Positions 21,184 through 30,705 of a DNA stretch of 64,000 nucleotides are shown here, piece by piece. Both the position numbers and the translations under genes were made by a program. This DNA comes from Planctomycetota bacterium (lineage in GTDB: Bacteria > Planctomycetota > UBA8108 > UBA1146): positions 1 to 64,000 of the forward strand of contig JAYZBV010000073.1 of assembly GCA_036338595.1 (NCBI GenBank), in the 5' to 3' direction. Under the pieces are notes generated by a model. The model was not told the origin of the DNA, searched no databases, and saw only the letters and a list, made by a program, of their open reading frames with translations. Positions within the stretch are counted from its first letter, which is position 1. Each line of letters starts with the position of its first letter.

Positions 21184-24100
21184 TGATGACCAAGCAGAGG
21201 GGGCCGCTACTCCTGTTGTTGATCCTCCTCCTGGCAGTTGTCCCATCGCTGTTATCCGCACAGACGGGTAATCGCCTCGCTCGGTTGCAGGAAGAGGCCA
21301 GAGAATACCTCAGGTCGTTGCAAGTCCAGATGGAGTCACTCGCGGAGCGGATCGAGAGCGAACAACCAGAGGATTCAACTCGTCTCAGAAATGCAAGGGA
21401 ACGGATTGTCAGGGACCTGCTTGAAGATGATATGCGTTCAATTGCCGTAGCGCTCGAGACTGAGGACTACATCGTTGCCCTCGACACGGTACGCAAGGTT
21501 CGGTCAAACCTGGAACTGGTGCTGGCGATCCTGGAGGATCGCAATATCGATCCGGAACAGGTTGAGAGTCGACTGGAGCAGGTTGCCCAGAGATTGAAGC
21601 AAATCGGTGAGATTGCGGATGCGCAGCGATCCCTTCGAGATCGCACTGCTACTGCAGAATCGGCGCAACAGGATGTGCAAGATCTCAGGGATGTGAGTCA
21701 AGCGATCGATGAGATCGCCGCACAACAGCAAGAACTTCTCGGAAGCGAAAACTCGTCGGAAGACGAAGCAGAGATGGGGCAGGCGCAGGAGATCTCCAAT
21801 GAGGCTCGTCGGGTTGCCGATGACCTGTCCCGGGAAGCGCGCCGTCAGCAAGGAATCGAAGCGCTGGCTCGCAGGGTCGATCAGATCCGCAATGAAGTGC
21901 GACAAGATGCACGCGAAAGCGAAAATCTGGGATCGGAGCAGAACTCGGAGACGAGCGCCGCGATGCAGCGTTTGGCGCGCCGTGCCAGCGAGCAGAGTGC
22001 GAAGATCCGCCAAGCCCAGCAGAGTGTAGATGCGTTGCGCCGCGAAGCGGCTGCAGATGCGGAAGACGGGGACGAAAATGCCTCTGCGTCGCTGGAAGCT
22101 CTCGACAGGGCCGGCGAGGCACTGGAGCGATCGGAGAGCGCAGCCAACGGCATCGCAAGCCCTGATGATGCTCGTCCAGGGGACGCCTCGACTCTTCGCG
22201 ATGAGCAAGGCGAGGCGCTCGACGAGGCGAGCAAGGCGCTGCGCGAGGCTGCCGATTCGAACGGAGAGCGAGCGGGGGCGATACAGCAGCGGCTAGAACA
22301 GTTGCGCGAACGACTCGACCGATGGAGACAGCGGCAGCAAGAAGGCGGTGGGTCAGGTCTTGACAACAAGGCACAATCTGCCGCAGAGGATCTGGAAGCA
22401 GCATCCGGGGCACTGGATCGGGCCCAGCAATCGGGCCAGCAGTCGGGCCAGCAGTCGGGCCAGCAGTCTGGTCAGCAGTCCGGTCAGCAATCAGGCCAGC
22501 AGTCCGGTCAGCAGTCCGGTCAGCAATCCGGTCAGCAGTCAGGCGAGCAATCGGGCGAGCAATCGGGCGAGCAATCTGGCGAGCAATCTGGCGAGCAATC
22601 TGGCGAGCAGTCTGGCGAGCAGTCTGGCGAGCAGTCGGGCGAGCAGTCGGGTGAGCAGTCCGGCCAGCAATCGGGCGAGCAGTCGGGTGAGCAGTCGGGT
22701 GAGCAATCGGGTGAGCAGTCCGGCCAGCAATCGGGTGAGCAGTCGGGTGAGCAGTCCGGCCAGCAGTCGGGCGAGCAGTCGAGTCAACAGGAACGCATCG
22801 AGCAGATGCAGGATGCTGCCGAGAAGGCGCAAGACGCGGCAGAGAAACTATCATCTCTTGCAGAAGACTCGGCGCAGGACCGTCCTTCTTCGCAGCAGCA
22901 ATCGCTTGCGGAACAGACCAGCGAACTGGAAGACAAGCTCGACCGCCTCGAGAAAAAGCTAGCTGCAGATCAGAGCCTCTCCCCCGAGGAAGATGAAAAG
23001 TTGCGCAAGAAGGTTGGCGAGGCTCGCCAGGCACTCAGGAGTGCTCGTTCAGCGATGCAGGGGGCTGCCGAGCGGATGAGTGGCGGTGAGTCTGCAGAAT
23101 CGGCGCAGCAGGCTGCGCAGGATGCCCTGGAGAGAGCGAAGGATGCTCTCGAAGGTTCAGATCAGGATGCACTCGAGCGATTGCGAAGACAGCAGCAAGA
23201 GACACCCGAACTGGCCCCTGAGCAGGACGAACTGGAACGGCTCACTCGCAAGCGAGCCGAGGAATCGGAAGAATCGGACCCCGAGGCTTCCGAGGGGCTC
23301 GAGGGCGCAGCCCAGGCGATGGATGAGGCTTCTGATAGTCTCGAAGGCGGAGATTCCTCACAAGCGCGAGAGAAACAGGACGAGGCGCTCGAGCAATTGC
23401 AGCAGGAAATGGACGCGCTGCAACAAGAGGAGCGAGAACTGGTCGATCTGAAGGTGGAACAGGAACTGATCGACCTGATCGGAACCATCACCGACATGGC
23501 AGAGGAAGTCGATTCGATTCTATCGGAGACAAGGACCATCGCTGAAGCGCTGGGGGATGCTCGTCCAGGCAGGGCTCAGCGAGCGCGAATGAAGCGGCTT
23601 TCAGCTCGTGTCGCAGATGTGGAAGATTCAGGAAATGAAGTGCTCGCAGCTCTTGAACGGGAGGGCGTGAGGGTATTCTCCTACATCGTGAGGGATCTTC
23701 TCTCTGATCTTGCCGAGGCGAGGGAAGGATTGAGCCCTCGAAGCGATGCAGGTTCCGATACCCAGCTTCTACTCGCCGAGGCACTCGACGCTCTGCGCAA
23801 GTTGAGGGATTCGCTCGAAGAGGAACTTCGTCGGCGTAATCAACAGCAGCAACAGCCCCAGCAACAGCAGCCGCCCCAGCAGCAGCCTCAACAGCAACAA
23901 CTGGTACCGCCAGCGGCAGAGTTGTTGGCGCTCAAGCGAATGCAGGAGGAAGTCCTGCGCAGGACACGAAGGCTCGATGGAATGCGGGGTGAGGAAGGCG
24001 AGTTCGATGCTCTCGAGGAGCGAGTTCTGGAGAGGCTGGTGCAGAGACAGGGCAGCATCATAGAACTCACCGAGCAGATCGCCGAGGATCTGCGCAAGCA

Positions 24101-24188
24101 GATGCAGCCTCCGATGGTCCAGGAAGAGGCCCCTGAGACCGATTCTGAGACAAAAGGGGAGCCTGGCGGATCGAAGGGGGACGACTGA
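21180..24188 (+). CDS. Large exported coiled-coil protein with (Q/E)QSG repeat and poly-Q/P tract
   Basis: Signal peptide ([19 protein letters not shown]); E/Q/A/R-rich helical sequence; [15 protein letters not shown] near the C-terminus; overlaps the upstream stop. Confidence 0.8.
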   Translation: MMMTKQRGPLLLLLILLLAVVPSLLSAQTGNRLARLQEEAREYLRSLQVQMESLAERIESEQPEDSTRLRNARERIVRDLLEDDMRSIAVALETEDYIVALDTVRKVRSNLELVLAILEDRNIDPEQVESRLEQVAQRLKQIGEIADAQRSLRDRTATAESAQQDVQDLRDVSQAIDEIAAQQQELLGSENSSEDEAEMGQAQEISNEARRVADDLSREARRQQGIEALARRVDQIRNEVRQDARESENLGSEQNSETSAAMQRLARRASEQSAKIRQAQQSVDALRREAAADAEDGDENASASLEALDRAGEALERSESAANGIASPDDARPGDASTLRDEQGEALDEASKALREAADSNGERAGAIQQRLEQLRERLDRWRQRQQEGGGSGLDNKAQSAAEDLEAASGALDRAQQSGQQSGQQSGQQSGQQSGQQSGQQSGQQSGQQSGQQSGEQSGEQSGEQSGEQSGEQSGEQSGEQSGEQSGEQSGEQSGQQSGEQSGEQSGEQSGEQSGQQSGEQSGEQSGQQSGEQSSQQERIEQMQDAAEKAQDAAEKLSSLAEDSAQDRPSSQQQSLAEQTSELEDKLDRLEKKLAADQSLSPEEDEKLRKKVGEARQALRSARSAMQGAAERMSGGESAESAQQAAQDALERAKDALEGSDQDALERLRRQQQETPELAPEQDELERLTRKRAEESEESDPEASEGLEGAAQAMDEASDSLEGGDSSQAREKQDEALEQLQQEMDALQQEERELVDLKVEQELIDLIGTITDMAEEVDSILSETRTIAEALGDARPGRAQRARMKRLSARVADVEDSGNEVLAALEREGVRVFSYIVRDLLSDLAEAREGLSPRSDAGSDTQLLLAEALDALRKLRDSLEEELRRRNQQQQQPQQQQPPQQQPQQQQLVPPAAELLALKRMQEEVLRRTRRLDGMRGEEGEFDALEERVLERLVQRQGSIIELTEQIAEDLRKQMQPPMVQEEAPETDSETKGEPGGSKGDD
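22425..22784 (+). repeat. In-frame 12-bp tandem repeat, 30 copies, consensus SAG CAR TCN GGY
   Basis: Counted directly: 10 QQSG, 10 EQSG, then mixed copies; the last copy is EQSS. Variation is otherwise synonymous apart from the Q/E alternation. Confidence 0.95.
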
Positions 24189-24310
24189 TGGCCGATACAT
24201 CCATCGGAGATTCGGGGTATAATGAGGAAGAGCCGCAAGTGTGCTTCCCTGGACGCATCCTGTTCGATGATCGGGAGCGGGGAATGGTTTGCGGTGGAAG
24301 GATTGGATCG

Positions 24311-25075
24311 ATGAAGAAGTTCACCATGCATGTTTCCGTCTTCGGATGCGCCTTCCTGTTGCTGTTGCTGACCGTTCCAGTGATGGCCCAGGAGGATGGA
24401 AAACCCGAGACTGACTCCACCGGGCCTGCCGTTGAAGTGCCGGAGTCCGACCCCGCCGATACACCAGACGATGAGTTTCCTGTCGATATCGACCCGCTCG
24501 ACATCCTCGATTCAGCAGATCCGCTCGGCAAAGTCGGCTCTCTCGTGGATGAGATCTCCCGAAACATGAAGGAGATCGAGAGCCTCCTCGAGGAAGACGA
24601 CACCAGTGAGGGGAACCAGTCGGTTCAGCAGCAAACTCTCAGCAGAATTGATGAACTGATTACAGAGGTGCAGCGTCTCACCGGGACGTGACAGAACGGC
24701 GGCTCCCCGTCGGGGAGCCCCTCAAGGAATGCTGGGTCTTCAAAATCTGAATCCGTTCAGAAGCAGTCAGGTCGTCAAAAGAACGTCGCCTCACAAAAAG
24801 ACGGGGGCGAGCAGAAGCAGTCCTCGAAGGAGCAAAGTGCAGGAGAGCCAAAGGACGGTAGCGAGCAGGTTCGTAATGACCGCACCACAGATGGCGAACT
24901 TCCACCTTCCGAGGTGGGAGAGTTGCGTGATCAGAGGGGTGCTGGCCGTTGGGGTAGGTTGCCGAAAACTGTGATCCAACGGATGTATGACAACGGCAGA
25001 AGGCAGTTGCCCGAGAAATACCGTATCTTGCTTGAGGATTACTTCAGAAAACTGCCGGAGCGTTCCCCGCGTTGA
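24311..25075 (+). CDS. Exported protein (254 aa if read through) with in-frame TGA at codon 127; candidate selenoprotein or read-through product, alternatively a nonsense-disrupted gene
   Basis: Signal peptide MKKFTMHVSVFGCAFLLLLLTVPVMA. After TGA 24689-24691 the same frame continues for 127 sense codons, ending WGRLP..QLPEKYRILLEDYFRKL, and its stop overlaps the next gene's TTG. Confidence 0.7.
24701..24719 (+). promoter_or_regulatory. Candidate bacterial SECIS-like / recoding hairpin
   Basis: GGCTCCCC-GTC-GGGGAGCC forms a perfect 8-bp stem whose loop starts GU, 17 nt 3' of the in-frame UGA. No U-tract follows. Confidence 0.5.
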
Positions 25076-26247
25076 ACGAAGACCCTGCACCTATAGCACC
25101 AGAATGCCACGACGAATCGAATCCAGAGGATCCTCCCTCTATCGGGAGACTCCATCGCTGGCTCGTTCTTGTTCTACTGATGTGGTTTGCAACGATGCAG
25201 ATCGCTGAAGCATCATCACCTGAACCCCATCCAACTGACGATACAAAAAGCGGTTCAAGTTCCAGTGCCGTGACACTAGGGGTTCCCCACGACTCTCGCA
25301 GTGAACTCGCCATCCGTCGCGGCATCTCGCTGCTGGTGAAGCGTCAAAATGGCGTTGGCGCATTCTCCAGTTCCTATCCGTTGGCGGTCACATCGCTAGG
25401 TGGAATGGCTCTGCTCGGCGGTGGAACAGAGTTCGGGGTGGGGAAAGAGGGAGAAGCGCTGGAACGAGCAGTCGATTACCTGACTGCCGCCGTGCGTGCA
25501 GATGAGCGCGGGTATTTGCAGGATCGTGGTGCGACCAGATCGCGGATGCATGGCCATTCCTACGCCATCCTGTTTCTTTCGCAGGTGACAGGGCAACTTC
25601 CAACACCTCAGCGAGAGCGCCGGCTTCGAGGGGTCATCCGTTCAGGAGTGGATCTGATGCTCTCCTGTCAGACCCAGCGAGGCGGATGGGGTTATGAACC
25701 GGACGATCCGCTCGACGAGGCTTCACTGACGGTCTGTTGCCTGCAGGCGTTACGAGCAGCAAAGGAAGCGGGGATTGCCGTTCCAGTCGATCCGATCGCA
25801 CGAGCGATGAAGTATCTCAAGGAGTGTTGTTCAGAGGATGGTTCATTTCGGTACTCGCTTACTCGAGGAACTACCAGGACCTCTTTCGAGATGACTGCCG
25901 CTGCGTTGTCGACGATGGATGCCGCTGGCGAGTTTGAACTGGATGAGAGAAAGCGTGGACTCGCATTTCTTCGGCGATCAATTGAGAGCGCCGGTCGTAG
26001 CAAGAAGGGCGCATTCCAGGCGGCAAGGAATTTTCCCTTCTACGGCAACTTCTACACCGGTCAGGTGCTCCAACAATCTCGTGGAGCGACATGGGATCGT
26101 TGGACCCGATCGGTATGGCCACGGCTGCTCGAACTTCAAAAAGCAGACGGGGCCTGGGAAAGCCGTTTTGGAGATGAGTATGGCACGGCGATGGCGCTGC
26201 TGATCCTGGAACTTCCCCTGGGATACTTGCCGCTTTACGACCGCTGA
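25072..26247 (+). CDS. Prenyltransferase/squalene-oxidase-repeat (alpha/alpha toroid) protein 2
   Basis: QTQRGGWGY, EASLT..LQALRAAKEAGI and QKADGAW; the C-terminus LELPLGYLPLYDR mirrors that of protein 1. Confidence 0.85.
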   Translation: MNEDPAPIAPECHDESNPEDPPSIGRLHRWLVLVLLMWFATMQIAEASSPEPHPTDDTKSGSSSSAVTLGVPHDSRSELAIRRGISLLVKRQNGVGAFSSSYPLAVTSLGGMALLGGGTEFGVGKEGEALERAVDYLTAAVRADERGYLQDRGATRSRMHGHSYAILFLSQVTGQLPTPQRERRLRGVIRSGVDLMLSCQTQRGGWGYEPDDPLDEASLTVCCLQALRAAKEAGIAVPVDPIARAMKYLKECCSEDGSFRYSLTRGTTRTSFEMTAAALSTMDAAGEFELDERKRGLAFLRRSIESAGRSKKGAFQAARNFPFYGNFYTGQVLQQSRGATWDRWTRSVWPRLLELQKADGAWESRFGDEYGTAMALLILELPLGYLPLYDR

Positions 26248-26349
26248 TGGGCAGCAGGATTCAGTTTGATAGCTGTAAGCCGGAAACAATGAAAGCAATG
26301 ATGGAGATGATGAAGAGATGGGATCACGAGTTCGAGCGAGACAGGCATA

Positions 26350-27654
26350 TTGATGTTGCCTGACCCGGAGATACTGATCCCGACCACCTGGATTGCACTC
26401 GCACTGGCGATGTTAGCCTCGCTGGTGAGGCGGTGTTTCCGAACCACATCGACGGGTGAATATCACGAGTTTTTTCAGGATCAGCAGGAATCCGACGAGC
26501 CGGAGCGAATCCATCGCATCGATGTGATGCTGGTGATGGTCTTGCTGCTGTTCCGGGGGACCTGGATCTCAGCTCTGGCGATGACTCGCGCTCAGGGTGT
26601 TGCCTGGTACCTCCCTGGAGATGGTGCCAATTTCTTGCACCAGTGGTGGCCGCTTTGGCTTGCGATTGAGGTCGTATTTTTGGGCCTCGTCGTGCTCGAA
26701 CTGATTCCCGAAGCGATCACCATCTGGATTGGCGATAAGATCGCAGTCGCACTGCTTCCTGTACTCGTTGCCTTCGAAAAGTTGATCTCTCCCCTGACAG
26801 CGACCTTTCGAGGGACTCGCCGTGGTCTGCTCCGTTTGATCGGCGGCAGAGCAGATCGTAGCGATCAGGATCTTGCAGAGGCGGGTATCCGCGCAGCAGT
26901 GGAACTGGGTGAGCGCGAGGGACTGCTCGAAAAGGGCGAAAAGACGATGATCGAGTCAGTTCTGGAGTTTCGCGACTCGGATGTGATCGAGGTGATGACC
27001 CCCCGGACCGACATGGTCTGCCTGGAGGCATCTGACACCATCGAGCAGGCGATTCCGAAGGCGATCGCCTGTGGGCACTCCCGAATACCGATCTACCGCA
27101 AGAATTTTGATGACATCATCGGGGTTCTGTATGTCAAGGACATGCTGCGTCATGCAGCGGATGACGGTCTCAGATCGATGGCGATCGAAAAGGTGGTTCG
27201 AAAGATTCACTTTGTACCTGAAACAAAGAAACTACAGGAGTTGCTAGGAGAGTTCAGGGCAGAGAGATTCCACATAGCAGTGGTGCTGGATGAGTATGGT
27301 GGCACTTCTGGCCTGGTCACGATCGAGGATATCATCGAGGAGATCGTCGGAGAGATCGAAGATGAGTATGATACCGCTGGTCGCGATCAGATCCGACGTG
27401 TCGATGAAGTCACCTGGGACCTTGACGGTCGCACCAGCATTCTTGAGGTCAACAGATCGTTGGACGCCCGGATACCGGAGAGCGATGATTACGAAACAGT
27501 GGCCGGATTCCTCTTTTCTGCCCTGGGACATGTTCCAAGGGAAGGGGAAGAACTGGGAACCCAGAGGGTTCTGTTCAAGGTTACGAGAGCCGACGACAGG
27601 AAGATCAAGCGTGTCCGTGCCCTGGTTCACAAGGTTCACAGGAACGGTTCGTAG
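26350..27654 (+). CDS. Hemolysin/CorC-family protein (TM + CBS pair + CorC_HlyC domain)
   Basis: EVMTPRTDM, HSRIPIY, VLDEYGGTSGLVTIEDIIEEIVGEI and YETVAG motifs. Confidence 0.9.
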   Translation: MMLPDPEILIPTTWIALALAMLASLVRRCFRTTSTGEYHEFFQDQQESDEPERIHRIDVMLVMVLLLFRGTWISALAMTRAQGVAWYLPGDGANFLHQWWPLWLAIEVVFLGLVVLELIPEAITIWIGDKIAVALLPVLVAFEKLISPLTATFRGTRRGLLRLIGGRADRSDQDLAEAGIRAAVELGEREGLLEKGEKTMIESVLEFRDSDVIEVMTPRTDMVCLEASDTIEQAIPKAIACGHSRIPIYRKNFDDIIGVLYVKDMLRHAADDGLRSMAIEKVVRKIHFVPETKKLQELLGEFRAERFHIAVVLDEYGGTSGLVTIEDIIEEIVGEIEDEYDTAGRDQIRRVDEVTWDLDGRTSILEVNRSLDARIPESDDYETVAGFLFSALGHVPREGEELGTQRVLFKVTRADDRKIKRVRALVHKVHRNGS

Positions 27655-28398
27655 ATGAAGGGGGCCTTCCGGACTCGGGGCCTTGTTCTCCACTGCACTG
27701 ATTTTTCCGAGACTTCCCAGATCGTCAGGGTTTTCACCAGGGACCACGGCATCATCGATGTTCTGGCGAAGGGATCCCGGAGGCCGGCTCGAGCTTCGTC
27801 CTCATTCCCGGCCCCCTTCGATCTGGCTGGCTGGTATGACCTCAACTTCCGCATCCGGTCCACCCAGTTGCATCTGGCCACCGAAGCTCGGCTCGTCGAG
27901 GGATTTGATCACCTGCGAGGAAACATCGATGTCTGGCTCGATGCTGTATTTGCCCTCGATCTTCTTCGTACTCTGTTCAGCCCCGGCGATCCTCATCCAG
28001 AACTGTTGAAGGAATCGCTACAGTACCTGAAACTGCTCGGCCATGGCCTCGGCCGCAGACGCCTGAGAAACCACTATCTGCAATCCTTGCTCGGTGCCAG
28101 CGGGGTATTACCGGACTGGAGCCGCTGTATCGAGTGCGAGGCAGTGATCGAGAGCGCTGCGGAGGTCATCATTCCCTCCGGACTGGTCTGCCCTGGCTGC
28201 TCCAGTTCTCCGTCGCTGCATCGAGTCGATGCCACTACCAGGAACTACCTTGCCTGTGATGGGGCGAGAGAATGGGGTCTGGTGCCCTCCTGGGAGGTTC
28301 CACCGGAAGAAGTGCAGGCCGGTTGGGATCTGCTCAGATCGCTTCTCTTGCATCACTTGGAGCGCCCGCCCAGGTCGCTAAGATACCTGCGCGTCTGA
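27655..28398 (+). CDS. recO: DNA repair protein RecO
   Basis: GLVL..DFSETSQIVRVFTRDHG..LAKG OB-fold; CIEC/CPGC zinc finger. Confidence 0.88.
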   Translation: MKGAFRTRGLVLHCTDFSETSQIVRVFTRDHGIIDVLAKGSRRPARASSSFPAPFDLAGWYDLNFRIRSTQLHLATEARLVEGFDHLRGNIDVWLDAVFALDLLRTLFSPGDPHPELLKESLQYLKLLGHGLGRRRLRNHYLQSLLGASGVLPDWSRCIECEAVIESAAEVIIPSGLVCPGCSSSPSLHRVDATTRNYLACDGAREWGLVPSWEVPPEEVQAGWDLLRSLLLHHLERPPRSLRYLRV

Positions 28399-28422
28399 TG
28401 GCTCCCCGGAAGGGGGGTCAGA

Positions 28423-29349
28423 GTGGGAAGGGAGATCGCTGTGAACAGTACTCTGGCTTTGCTGATCCTGGTGACATCGTTCCAGCAGGCAGACCCACTT
28501 CCCGAAATGTTGATCCAGGCCAGCGACTCCCTGGAACAGGGTCTCTATCCGGAAGCGGTGGCTCTGTATGAGGATGCCATCGAGCTGGTGCTCTACGGAG
28601 ATGACCAGGAACGCGCACCGGGTCCACTGCTAGCAAGACTTCGCCTGGGTCTGGCAGAGGGACTTCGAGCGATGAGAAATAACGATGATGCACTGCGAGT
28701 CACTGAAGACATCTTCGATTCGGATCCAGGTCCTGAAACGCTAGATCGTGCGCTGGAGATCCGATACGAGATTGGGCTGTCGTACCTCAGCGGGGCGACA
28801 AGGAGGCTGCTCGGGCTCGAGGTCAATGCTGAAAGAAAGGGTCTTGCAGTACTCAGTGATCTGGTTCAGCGCTATCCATTCCAGCCGTTCAGCGATGACG
28901 CCATCTTTCACTGCGCCAACTGGTACCTGAGAAACAATTTGCCAGAGGATGCGGAAAGATATTTTGAGCGGTTACTCAGGGAGTATCCCGAGAGCAGTTG
29001 GTCCTCTGCGACCCAGATCCTTGCCGGTGATGCTGTGCTTGCGCAACTCAAGGGGGTCGAATACGACATGGGACCGCTGGCAGTTGCTGAGCGACATTAC
29101 CGTCGCTACCTGCGCTTGTTCCCCGACCATGGGGAATCTCAGCGAGCGAGAAATGCTCTCGAGCAGATCGATTTGATGCGTGCACAGCGTCGGCTGCTGA
29201 TCGCTCAGTTCTACATTCGCATCGAGAAGCACAACTCTGCCAGAATCTATCTGGAGAAGGTCATACTTGCTGTTCCAGCGAGTGACACCGCTGCCGAGGC
29301 GGCTCGTCTTCTCGAAAGCCTTCCTCCGGTTCCCGCAGAGGAGAAATGA
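28423..29349 (+). CDS. bamD: BamD-like TPR outer-membrane assembly protein
   Basis: TPR motifs (LVQRYP, LLREYPESSW, YLRLFPD) and IAQFY..SARIY; directly upstream of an lptE-like gene. Start may be 28441. Confidence 0.65.
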   Translation: MGREIAVNSTLALLILVTSFQQADPLPEMLIQASDSLEQGLYPEAVALYEDAIELVLYGDDQERAPGPLLARLRLGLAEGLRAMRNNDDALRVTEDIFDSDPGPETLDRALEIRYEIGLSYLSGATRRLLGLEVNAERKGLAVLSDLVQRYPFQPFSDDAIFHCANWYLRNNLPEDAERYFERLLREYPESSWSSATQILAGDAVLAQLKGVEYDMGPLAVAERHYRRYLRLFPDHGESQRARNALEQIDLMRAQRRLLIAQFYIRIEKHNSARIYLEKVILAVPASDTAAEAARLLESLPPVPAEEK

Positions 29350-29864
29350 TGCGATTCTCCGCCTTCATGCTAGTGCTGGTACTTCTGGTCGGCTGTGGAT
29401 ACACACCCGGGTATCGCCTGCCGAGAGGTGTCCAGAGCATTTCAGTTCCTGTATTTCGCAACGAGACGATCCCCTTCCGGAGGGACATCGAGTTCGAACT
29501 CACGAGAGCGGTCAAGCGAGAATTTCAGCTTCGTACAGAGGTTGATCTGGTCGCGGAAGAGCATGCCGATGCGATCCTGAGGGGTACCGTGATCCAGTTT
29601 CGAGAGGGAGTGCTGGTCGAGAGTGCTGACGGCTCCATCCAGGAGCAGGGAATCGGGGTCAAGGTCGGGATGCGTCTCGAGCGGGTGAGAGATCAGCGCG
29701 TGCTACTGGAGCGAGTGGTCGAGGATCTGGTGTCCTATTCGGTACCGGCAGGAGAGTCGATCGAGACCGCGGTCAGTGAGACGGTCCGAGAGATCGCCCG
29801 CAGGATCATTGCAGAGATGGAACCCTGGTACGACGAGAGCCGCAGTTCGGGCCGGGCCAACTGA
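29346..29864 (+). CDS. lptE: LptE-family lipoprotein
   Basis: Lipobox LVGCGY; SISVPVFRNET..IEFELTRAV..ADAILRGTV. Confidence 0.78.
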   Translation: MMRFSAFMLVLVLLVGCGYTPGYRLPRGVQSISVPVFRNETIPFRRDIEFELTRAVKREFQLRTEVDLVAEEHADAILRGTVIQFREGVLVESADGSIQEQGIGVKVGMRLERVRDQRVLLERVVEDLVSYSVPAGESIETAVSETVREIARRIIAEMEPWYDESRSSGRAN

Positions 29865-29886
29865 TCAGAAGGAGAGGAACAACTCC

Positions 29887-30705
29887 GTGACACCCAAGGT
29901 ACTCGGCATCCTGAATGTCACGCCTGACTCCTTCAGTGATGGGGGGCGATTCAGAAGCGTCGACGATGCGAGGTTGCGGGTGATGGAGATGGTCCGCCAA
30001 GGGGCAGATGCGATCGATGTCGGTGGCGAATCAACAAGGCCCGGATCGTTGGAAATATCGATCGATGAAGAACTTGAGCGAGTCATCCCTGTCCTCGAGG
30101 CGATCAGTGGTGAAATTGAAATACCCATCAGCATCGACACCCGGAGGGCCGAGGTGGTTCGAGAGGCCCTCTCTCATGGGGTCTCGATCGTCAACGACAC
30201 TTCCGCCTTGCAAGACGATGCAGAATTGAGTCGAGTGATCGCCCAGCATCAGTTGACCGTGATTCTGATGCATCGGAAGGGGTCGCCGGATTCGATGCAG
30301 AGCGATCCGGTATATGAAGATGTGCTGGCCGAGATTCACTGCTTTCTCGGGGATCGGATCGAGTTTGCAGTTGCTGCGGGGATTGCCCGCGATCGAATTG
30401 TGGTCGATCCTGGCCTCGGGTTTGGCAAGCGAGTCGCAGACAACTACGAAATTGCCAGGGGTATCGAGTTTTTCCGTTCCCTTTCTGTTCCACTACTGCT
30501 GGGAGCTTCGAGGAAGTCCTTCACGGGAGTGTTTGACGACTCTCCACCAGAACAGCGCTTGCCCGCTTCGCTGGCATTTGTCGCCAGGGCGCGGGAACTC
30601 GCAGTGGAATGGGTGCGCGTACATGATGTTGCGGAAACGGTGACATTCTTGAGAGCGATGGCTGCCATCGATGATCCTCTACTCGTCGGGGAGGGGTCCA
30701 GTTGA
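29887..30705 (+). CDS. folP: Dihydropteroate synthase
   Basis: GILNVTPDSFSDGG, GGESTRPG, DPGLGFGK, SRKSF and RVHDV. GTG start behind GGAGAGG. Confidence 0.97.
   Translation: MTPKVLGILNVTPDSFSDGGRFRSVDDARLRVMEMVRQGADAIDVGGESTRPGSLEISIDEELERVIPVLEAISGEIEIPISIDTRRAEVVREALSHGVSIVNDTSALQDDAELSRVIAQHQLTVILMHRKGSPDSMQSDPVYEDVLAEIHCFLGDRIEFAVAAGIARDRIVVDPGLGFGKRVADNYEIARGIEFFRSLSVPLLLGASRKSFTGVFDDSPPEQRLPASLAFVARARELAVEWVRVHDVAETVTFLRAMAAIDDPLLVGEGSS

Noticed and set aside
21685..23034. Alternative-frame and antisense ORFs with LLAR, TARP or ASSR periodicity; possible CRISPR-like array
   Set aside because: These are shadows of the 12-bp coding repeat. There are no spacers and no cas genes.
24188..24691. 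ORF-track call of a 167-aa protein starting at 24188 and ending at the TGA
   Set aside because: The signal peptide begins at ATG 24311 and the frame stays coding-like to 25075, so both boundaries are probably wrong.
24689..24691. Genome-wide UGA reassignment (code 4 or 25) as the explanation for the in-frame stop
   Set aside because: Many conserved genes here (sucC, mdh, glmM, folP, icmF) end at TGA at their expected C-termini.
24701..24719. Hairpin after the TGA read as an intrinsic terminator
   Set aside because: No U-tract follows, and the downstream frame is intact and coupled to the next gene.
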